A stretch of 32,000 nucleotides of DNA from Candidatus Iainarchaeum sp. (lineage in GTDB: Archaea > Iainarchaeota > Iainarchaeia > Iainarchaeales > CSSED10-239). The position numbers and the translations under genes are program-made. Shown piece by piece: positions 25,545 through 32,000 of the stretch. The notes under the pieces were generated by a model. It was not told the DNA's origin and did not search any database. It saw only the letters and a list, made by a program, of their open reading frames with translations. The stretch lies in the NCBI GenBank assembly GCA_028700115.1, contig JAQVTI010000009.1, positions 1 through 32,000 of the forward strand, given 5' to 3'. Position 1 is the stretch's first letter, and every line of letters begins with the position of its first letter.

Positions 25545-25691
25545 TTAATATCCATCTACATATTCATCAGCACCGTGTGCTGTTTTTCTAACTAAATCAA
25601 AATAGATATTGTCTTTATCTAATTTATTTTTTTTAAGTAATTCATAATTTTTAAACCTACATTTTATTGCATTTGATTCAATTTTAGCCAT
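25545..25691 (-). CDS. candidate precursor peptide of cluster 2 (48 aa)
   Basis: Base-by-base hand translation gives MAKIESNAIKCRFKNYELLKKNKLDKDNIYFDLVRKTAHGADEYVDGY*. ggagga lies 8 nt upstream of the ATG, and the stop lies 8 nt before the rSAM start. Not in the ORF track. Confidence 0.5.
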   Translation of the reverse strand: MAKIESNAIKCRFKNYELLKKNKLDKDNIYFDLVRKTAHGADEYVDGY

Positions 25692-25774
25692 AAATTGATT
25701 CCTCCTAAATGTTTTTATTAGTATACATAAGGTTTTTATATGTTTCTTTTAAATTTTATTACTTTTTCAATTAA

Positions 25775-26452
25775 TTTTTTAGTTTCTGGATCATTATAAA
25801 AATCAGAAACACAAAGGCAGATATTATTAATTTAGTTAGAGTAGAAACACCTGAAATACCAGAACCTGCTTTAAGGGAATCAATATTAAATGCAATGATT
25901 CATAGAAATTATTTTATTCAAGGAAGAATATTAATAGAAATTTATGAAAATAGAGTGGAAATATTAAATCCTGGAAAACTATTATTTGATCCAAAAGAAT
26001 TTGGTAAAGTAAGTGTTTCAAGAAATCCTATATTAGCAGATTGTATATTAAGAACTAGTTTGATAGAAAAGATAGGTTCTGGTGTTAAAAGAATTAGAAA
26101 ATTAGTTCCAAATGTTAAGTTTAATATAGATACAGATTGGTTTAGTGTTATATTTAAAAGAGATATATCTACTAAAGTGGATAGTAAAGTAAGTGTGGAT
26201 GCCGGTATAAATGCACCTGTAAATGCACCTGTAAATGCACCTGTAAATGCACCTGTAAAATTAAATAATTTACAATTAAACATTATAACAGAAATACGAA
26301 AAAATAAAAATATAACTTATGATGATTTAAGTAATATATTTTCTATACATAGAACTACAATTATGAGAAATATTTCTAAATTAAAGAAATCAGGAATATT
26401 AGAAAGAATTGGATCTGATAAAACAGGATTTTGGAAAGTAAATAAAATTTAA
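25775..26452 (+). pseudogene. 5'-truncated remnant of an AlbA_2/HATPase_c_4-type ATP-binding wHTH regulator
   Basis: The frame is open from 25775. Family-typical ..EPALRESILNAMIHRNYF.. lies across the first ATG (25895). The C-terminal wHTH is ITYDDLSNIFSIHRTTIMRNISKLKKSGILERIG. The N-terminal domain of the family is absent. Confidence 0.5.
26209..26256 (+). repeat. perfect 12-bp x4 tandem repeat (aaatgcacctgt) encoding (NAPV)4
   Basis: Counted directly: units at 26209, 26221, 26233 and 26245. Confidence 0.9.
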
Positions 26453-26514
26453 ATTTAACTATTAGAAATTTTTCAATAGTTTAAAAAGAAAGCAATAGAA
26501 ATATATATTTTTAT

Positions 26515-26690
26515 ATTTTATAAAAAAATATTTTTAAAAATCATAATAATATTAACTTACCATAATCTGTTAAAGAAAGATTTCTATTAATTTCATTAAC
26601 TAGTCCTTTTTCTTTAAAATCTCTTATATTATTATAAACTGCAGTTCTTCCTAAAGTTTTATTATTTGCAAGTTCTGAAAGAGTTATTTT
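26515..26690 (-). pseudogene. 3' fragment of a second Csa3-like regulator gene (duplicate of 27042-27223)
   Basis: About 95% identical to 27042-27223, with one 6-nt indel. On the minus strand it encodes ..ITLSELANNKTLGRTAVYNNIRDFKEKGLVNEINRNLSLTDYGKLILL*. Similarity ends abruptly at 26690. Confidence 0.6.
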
Positions 26691-26830
26691 AGATTAAATT
26701 TTATAAATTTTTAATTTTATTTATAAGTTTGTGCCTTGCAAAATATGTTTTATCAAAACACACTTAAATATTACACATAATAATAATATACATTATAATA
26801 TCATATATTATATCTAGAGATGACCATAAT

Positions 26831-27064
26831 ATGAAAAAATTATATTTTGATGTTGAAACTACAGGTTTAAATCCAGAAAAGCACGGTTTAATTCAATTTT
26901 CAGGAATAATTGAAATAGATGGTGAAATTAAAGAAAAATTTAATTTTAAAATAAAACCATTTGACTCTGATTTAATTGAAGAAAGTGCATTAAATGTAAA
27001 TAATATAAGTAGAGAAGAACTTAATTTATTTACAGAGCCTAATTTTATAAAAAAAGATTTTTAA
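26831..27064 (+). pseudogene. DEDD/DnaQ-like 3'-5' exonuclease, N-terminal fragment only
   Basis: The Exo I motif YFDVETTGL is present. The ORF ends after 77 aa, where it runs into repeat copy 27042-27223. Confidence 0.55.
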
Positions 27065-27067
27065 AAA

Positions 27068-27675
27068 TTATAATAATATTAACTTACCATAATCTGTTAA
27101 AGAAAGATTTCCATTAATTTCATTAACTAGACCTTTTTCTTTAAAATCTCTTATGTTATTATAAACTGCAGTTCTTCCTAGTTTTTTATTATTTGAATTT
27201 GCAAGTTCTGAAAGAGTTATTTTCTTTTTAGAAATAGTACTTAATAGATCATATGCATTTTTATTAATCTCAAAAGAAAGTTTAGGAATTGAAATCATTT
27301 TATTTATTTCTTGAGTAAAATATAATATTTCTTTTATTTTATTACTTCTTGCATAACAACCAAGCATAATACCAATAGACTTTGTTTTTCTTCCAGAAGT
27401 AATATCTCTATATATATTTCATTAATATCTTCATTATATACTTTATCTATTTCTTTAATAATTTCCTTTGCGATTTCATAAACTTCATAAACAGAAGTTT
27501 TAATTTCTTTAAATTTAATATGTTTAAATGTGTTTTTTAGTTTTTCTTTAGCTTCTTTTTGATGTTCATCTGGTTTTTTGTCTATTATTAGATAAATCTC
27601 TTCAGGATTTATCTTTGTAATAGCTCCAACCATTGGAGTAAAAGAATATGTGTTTGTGAATAATATTTTTTTCAT
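27068..27675 (-). pseudogene. Csa3/CARF-like N-domain plus wHTH regulator, frameshifted
   Basis: Track ORFs 27334-27675 and 27068-27367 overlap in different frames. Upstream of the second ORF its frame reads NIYRDITSGRKTKSIGIMLGCYA (a TGGxK-type CARF motif region). The frames meet at the (TA)4 run at 27409-27416. The C-terminal wHTH is ITLSELANSNNKKLGRTAVYNNIRDFKEKGLV. Confidence 0.5.
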
Positions 27676-27697
27676 ATTAAATCTTTTTTAAATTATA

Positions 27698-27797
27698 TTT
27701 TAATTGGTAACTATATTGTATTTTAATTGGTAACTATATTGTATTTTAATTGGTAACTATATTGTATTTTAATTGGTAACTATATTGTATTTTAATT
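27698..27797. repeat. perfect 23-bp tandem repeat x4 plus an 8-nt partial copy (iteron-like)
   Basis: ttttaattggtaactatattgta occurs at 27698, 27721, 27744 and 27767, then ttttaatt. The array starts 23 nt upstream of the Csa3-like start codon. Confidence 0.9.
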
Positions 27798-27856
27798 AAT
27801 AGTAATTGTTTTTAAAAAAGTATTTATTTTTGTAAAAAAATACATTTTTTTAAGAA

Positions 27857-28039
27857 CTAGTTTATTAAATCGTATACTAGAGTTAATCCTTTTTTTGTAA
27901 GAACTATGATTTTTCCTTTTTTACTATCTTTGTTTTTTATAGAAATTAGACTTAGTTTTTCTAGATCTTTTATATTTCTAGAAACATTAGATATATCTAT
28001 GTTTATAGTTTTTGCAATCTCAGATATAGTTTTAGGCAT
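27857..28039 (-). CDS. ArsR/MarR-type winged-helix protein, apparently N-terminally disrupted
   Basis: TISEIAKTINIDISNVSRNIKDLEKLSLI. The same frame upstream of the ATG still encodes helix 1 (..ETLGKVISSPNKKKILFSLT) with no start codon. An ATG at 28149-28151 is out of frame by 1 nt across the T7 run at 28131-28137. Confidence 0.5.
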   Translation of the reverse strand: MPKTISEIAKTINIDISNVSRNIKDLEKLSLISIKNKDSKKGKIIVLTKKGLTLVYDLIN

Positions 28040-28555
28040 AGTTAGAGAAAAAAGTATTTTTTTCTTATTAGGAGAAGAAATAACTTTACCTAGAGTTTCA
28101 TAATCTGTTTTGATATCTTTATATTTAAGGTTTTTTTAGAATTTTTCTCATCTTTATTTATCATTATATAATATATTATATTTTGTAATAAAAAGGTTTT
28201 GTTAATTTGTTAACTTATAGTTATTAATTAATTGTAGTTTACTTGTAAGATTTAAAAAGGTTTTGGTACTTAAATATAGATTATATGTTGATTGAAAATA
28301 AACAAGTTCACTTTTTTGTGAACAAAGAAGTTTATTTTAAAAAAATTAAAAAAGGGGATTTTTTAAGAAAAGAAATTAATTTGTAAGGTTATTTTAGAAT
28401 ATATTTTTTTATTCATAGATTTATTTGTTAGCCAGAATAGATTTACCTTTTTTTTATATATGTTCTAGAAGATCTTTAATTTAGTTTATTTTTTATAAAA
28501 ATTTAAAAAAATTAAAATATTCAAAAAAATTATTTAAAATATGGAGGGTATTTAA

Positions 28556-29272
28556 ATGAATAATAAGAATATAAATAATAGTCATTTTCCAAAAATACTA
28601 TTATCTTTAAGTTTAATCTTTTTCTTTTTATTATCATTTGGGAATGTATTTGCTGCACCAACAATTACTGTAGATACATTAACTACAAATGATCAAACTC
28701 CTGAATTAACAGGAGATATTAGTTTAGATGGAGAATCAATTACAAGTATGCAATTAATTTTAGATGGTGTTACTTATGGAGATTCTTCTATTACTAGAAC
28801 TACAACTACTTGGACATTAGCAGATAATGTGATTACATCTAATTTATCTGAAGCTACTTATGATGTTGCTGTGCAAATGAACACAAGTGTAACTGGATCT
28901 GTAACTGATTCTACATCTGATGAATTAGTAATTGATACAACTGCACCTACAGTTTCTATTACATTAAGTGATTATGCTTTAATTGTAGGTGAAACATCAA
29001 CTGTAACTTTTACATTTAGTGAAGCTCCAATTGGATTTACATCTGATGATGTTATCTTAACAGATGCAAATGGAACTATTGGAGAAATTACAAATGAGGG
29101 TTTAGTTTATTCAGGTACTTTTACTCCTACAGATGATTTAGAAGATGCTGAAAATGTAATTACTGTTGGAACTTCTTGGACTGATGCAGCTGGAAATTCA
29201 CCAATCGGAACTACAGATTCTTCAAATTATGAAATTGATACACAAAAGAACCTACATTATCTATTACATTAA
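28556..29272 (+). CDS. secreted Ig-like-repeat surface protein, N-terminal part (frame broken at about 29243)
   Basis: Signal peptide KILLSLSLIFFFLLSFGNVFA|AP. Repeated IDTTAPTVSITLSD..GETSTVTFTFSEAP..D.AGN modules. Confidence 0.7.
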   Translation: MNNKNINNSHFPKILLSLSLIFFFLLSFGNVFAAPTITVDTLTTNDQTPELTGDISLDGESITSMQLILDGVTYGDSSITRTTTTWTLADNVITSNLSEATYDVAVQMNTSVTGSVTDSTSDELVIDTTAPTVSITLSDYALIVGETSTVTFTFSEAPIGFTSDDVILTDANGTIGEITNEGLVYSGTFTPTDDLEDAENVITVGTSWTDAAGNSPIGTTDSSNYEIDTQKNLHYLLH

Positions 29273-29646
29273 GTGATTATGCTTTAATTGTAGGTGAAAC
29301 ATCAGTTGTAACTTTTACATTTAGTGAAGCTCCAACTGATTTTACTGTAGATGATGTAACAATAATTGATAATGGAATTTTATCTGATTTTGCTGTTAAT
29401 GGTGTAGATTCTAAAATCTATACTGCTACTTTTACTCCTGCAGATGATTTAGAAGATGCAACAAATATTATTACTGTTGGAACTTCTTGGACTGATGCAG
29501 CTGGAAATTCACCAATCGGAACTACAGATTCTTCAAATTATAAAATTGATACAAAAGAACCTGTTATTTCTGAAGTTACAGCTGTAGTTACTCCTACAAA
29601 TGATTCTACTCCTGAATACACTTTTACTACAAGTGAAGTAGGAAAT

Positions 29647-31587
29647 ATGTCATTTACTGGAGGGTGTTCAACTTCAGATACAATTAGTGCTACTGGAGAT
29701 GCAACAATTACATTTGCTGCATTATCTGATGGAACATATGATTGTAACTTAATTGTAACTGATGCAGCTGGAAATGCATCTAATATTTTAAATATAAGTG
29801 AATTTACTATTGATGCTACAAGTCCAACATATGAAATTTTATATTCAAATAATGGACCTGTAAAATCTGGAGATTCTGTAACTATTACAGCTGAGTTTAA
29901 TGAAGATGTTAAAGACTCATCTGTTCCACAAATTGAATTATCTGGAGATGCTACTGGATTTGATGCTATTAATATGACTAAAACAGATTCAAATACTTAT
30001 ACTTATGTTTGGACTGTTGGAACAGGAGATGGAAATTTAATTCCTACTGTCACAGTTGCTGAAGATTTAGTAGGAAATGTTATAACTGAAACAGGATCTA
30101 CAAAAACTCAAATTGAAGTAGATAATACTTTGCCAACTTTAAGTTCTGTTACAATTGAATCTAATAATTCAAATACAGCTTATGCAAAAGTTGGAGATGT
30201 AGTAACTTTAAGTTTTACTGCAAGTGAAAATTTACAAACACCTACTGTTACAATTGCAGGTTATTCTGTGGGTGCAATTTTATCTGAAGGCAGTTATATT
30301 GCAGAATATACTTTAGTTTCTGGAGATGCTGAAGGAATTATTTCTTTTACAATAGATTTTACAGATACTGCTGGAAATGAAGGTAGTCAAGTAACAACTA
30401 CTACTAATGAATCTAGTGTTACTTTTGATAAAACTATACCAATTATCTCAAGTGTTGTTTTAGGTTCTGATGAATATATTAATTCTGATGAAACTACTAG
30501 TGGTATAAATATTTTAGTAAATACAACAGGTGTTGAAGATTCTCAAACTGTGACTTGTGAATTAACAGATGGAACTACAACTATTTCAAAAATTGGAAGT
30601 GTTTCTAGTAATACTGTTACAATTGCAAGTGGTGTTTTAACATCATTAAATGATGGAACAATTACAGTAACTTGTGATGTTTCTGATATTTCTGGAAATG
30701 CTGCAACTTCTGAAAGTAATACAGCTACAAAAGATACAGTTGCACCAACTTTAGTTTCTGCAGAAAAAGTTTCTGAAACAGGAATTGAATTAACTTTATC
30801 TGAAACAATTACAGATAATGATTCAAATCCAACTGATTTTACAGTAACTGATTCACAAGATAATACATTTACTGTAACTAGTCAATCAAATACAGATGGA
30901 ACAACTATTTTGTTAACAGTTAATTCAATGCATACATCTATTGGAGATTTAACTGTAACTTATACAAATAATAATTCAGAAGTAGAAGATTTAGCAGGAA
31001 ATGATTTAGCAACTGATTCAACTGGAGTTGTTGCTTCAAGTGTAAATTATTTATCATTTGTTGAAGGTTGGAATTATTTTGCACTTCCAAAAGATACTGA
31101 AGATAATACAATTTCTGCTATGTTTAATACAAATCTAGAAAATATAGAAGTTATTTACAAATATGATTCTGTAAATGAACAATATGTTGCAATGGATAAT
31201 TCAGACGAATTAGAACTTTTAGAGGGATATATTATAAAAACAACATCTGCATTTGATGAAGAAGTTGTTTATGAATTAGATTCTGCATTATATTCTGGAG
31301 AATATAGAACTTTAGTTCCTGGAACTTGGAATTTAGTTGGAAATACTTCTTTAGAAAATAGATCTAGAATGTCATATATTTTGAATTCTTGTGAAAGTAC
31401 TGTTTCTGAAGATAATCTTTGGGATATGACTGTTCATTATAATGAAGCTGGCCAATATGGATTTATACAAAATATACTTTCTTCTTATAATGTAGATTTA
31501 ATGGATTCATTCTGGGTATATGTTCCAACTTTACCAGATTATCAATCTTGTACAATGCTTTTAAATAGATTAGAGGTTGAAGAATAA
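29647..31587 (+). CDS. same surface protein, C-terminal part (frame is open upstream to 29251)
   Basis: The frame of this ORF has no stop back to 29251 and encodes PTLSITLSDYALIVGETSVVTFTFSEAP.., continuing the repeat. It contains many TDxAGN Ig-like modules. Confidence 0.7.
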   Translation: MSFTGGCSTSDTISATGDATITFAALSDGTYDCNLIVTDAAGNASNILNISEFTIDATSPTYEILYSNNGPVKSGDSVTITAEFNEDVKDSSVPQIELSGDATGFDAINMTKTDSNTYTYVWTVGTGDGNLIPTVTVAEDLVGNVITETGSTKTQIEVDNTLPTLSSVTIESNNSNTAYAKVGDVVTLSFTASENLQTPTVTIAGYSVGAILSEGSYIAEYTLVSGDAEGIISFTIDFTDTAGNEGSQVTTTTNESSVTFDKTIPIISSVVLGSDEYINSDETTSGINILVNTTGVEDSQTVTCELTDGTTTISKIGSVSSNTVTIASGVLTSLNDGTITVTCDVSDISGNAATSESNTATKDTVAPTLVSAEKVSETGIELTLSETITDNDSNPTDFTVTDSQDNTFTVTSQSNTDGTTILLTVNSMHTSIGDLTVTYTNNNSEVEDLAGNDLATDSTGVVASSVNYLSFVEGWNYFALPKDTEDNTISAMFNTNLENIEVIYKYDSVNEQYVAMDNSDELELLEGYIIKTTSAFDEEVVYELDSALYSGEYRTLVPGTWNLVGNTSLENRSRMSYILNSCESTVSEDNLWDMTVHYNEAGQYGFIQNILSSYNVDLMDSFWVYVPTLPDYQSCTMLLNRLEVEE

Positions 31588-31596
31588 ATCTGTATA

Positions 31597-31630
31597 AGAA
31601 AAGATTTAATCTTTTCTTTTTTTCCTTTTT
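31597..31630 (+). terminator. intrinsic-type terminator after the surface protein gene
   Basis: agaaaagat / atcttttct forms a 9-bp stem with loop tta, followed by a T-rich run. Confidence 0.55.
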
Positions 31631-31657
31631 TTTATAAAAAAAGGGAGGTTATAAAAA

Positions 31658-32000
31658 ATGATGAAAAAAATATTTAAAATATTTATATTATTTGTAATTT
31701 TTTCAATAGGTGTTATATATGCAACTCCTAATTTACCATCTACTCCACATGCATTTTATGGAAATGTGACAAATGATGGAACTGCTTTAGAAACAGGTTG
31801 TGTTATTTGTACTGAAGTAAATGGAATAACAAATCTAAATGATTGTATAACAACAGATCAATTAGGAAAATATGGTTATAATAGAAAATTAATTGCACAA
31901 AATGTAAATTTAGAAGATGGAAATATAGTTAAATTTAAAATAGGTTCAACTTATGCAACTCAAACAGATGAATTTGAATCAGGAGAAATTACTTTTTTAG
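31658..32000 (+). CDS. secreted hypothetical protein, 5' part (continues beyond window)
   Basis: gggagg lies 9 nt upstream of the ATG. MMKKIFKIFILFVIFSIGVIYA|TPNLPSTPHAFYGNVT.. has a signal-peptide-like start, and the frame is open to the window end. Confidence 0.55.
   Translation, partial: MMKKIFKIFILFVIFSIGVIYATPNLPSTPHAFYGNVTNDGTALETGCVICTEVNGITNLNDCITTDQLGKYGYNRKLIAQNVNLEDGNIVKFKIGSTYATQTDEFESGEITFL

Noticed and set aside
27698-27797. Possible CRISPR array next to a Csa3-like gene
   Set aside because: The 23-bp units are directly adjacent with no spacers, so this is a plain tandem repeat and not repeat-spacer architecture.

Overview
Extremely AT-rich prokaryotic window. Housekeeping blocks are interleaved with even lower-GC accessory islands: hand counts on sampled 60-nt lines give about 32-38% GC in core genes and 12-17% in the islands. 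Core genes are a DEAD-box helicase, a form II/III-type RuBisCO, a DUF134/NifX-like/DUF5320 triad, a SlyD-type FKBP, serS and a HIT protein. This gene content fits an uncultivated small-genome archaeon (DPANN-like) or a CPR-type bacterium; the sequence alone does not decide between them. The main result is two paralogous, tightly packed operons, cluster 1 at 4747-11947 (+) and cluster 2 at 21256-25691 (-). Each begins with a short ORF absent from the ORF track (43 and 48 codons). Each also encodes two CX3CX2C radical-SAM enzymes (three of the four with SPASM-type Cys-rich C-termini), a stand-alone PEP-utilising phosphohistidine swivel domain, and a 293-335 aa protein of unknown family that is homologous between the two clusters. 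Cluster 1 adds a PqqD-like RRE, an acetolactate-synthase-like TPP enzyme, a kinase-like protein and a multi-pass transporter. Cluster 2 adds a methyltransferase-like protein and an HFCD (LanD/CoaC-type) flavoprotein-like protein. I read these as RiPP-like peptide-modification systems whose gene combination matches no class I can name. The surrounding DNA is mosaic. It holds three decayed copies of a tRNA-Thr 3' end (integration scars), an RHH-Fic module with operator repeats, and two DUF4143 AAA ATPase paralogs, one flanked by 55-bp direct repeats. It also holds a perfect 23-bp x4.3 tandem (iteron-like) array next to a frameshifted Csa3/CARF-like regulator, a roughly 180-bp duplication around an exonuclease fragment, and several genes broken by in-frame stops or by frameshifts at simple repeats, including a roughly 1000-aa Ig-repeat surface protein. 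No rRNA, intact tRNA, CRISPR array, transposase or integrase was seen.
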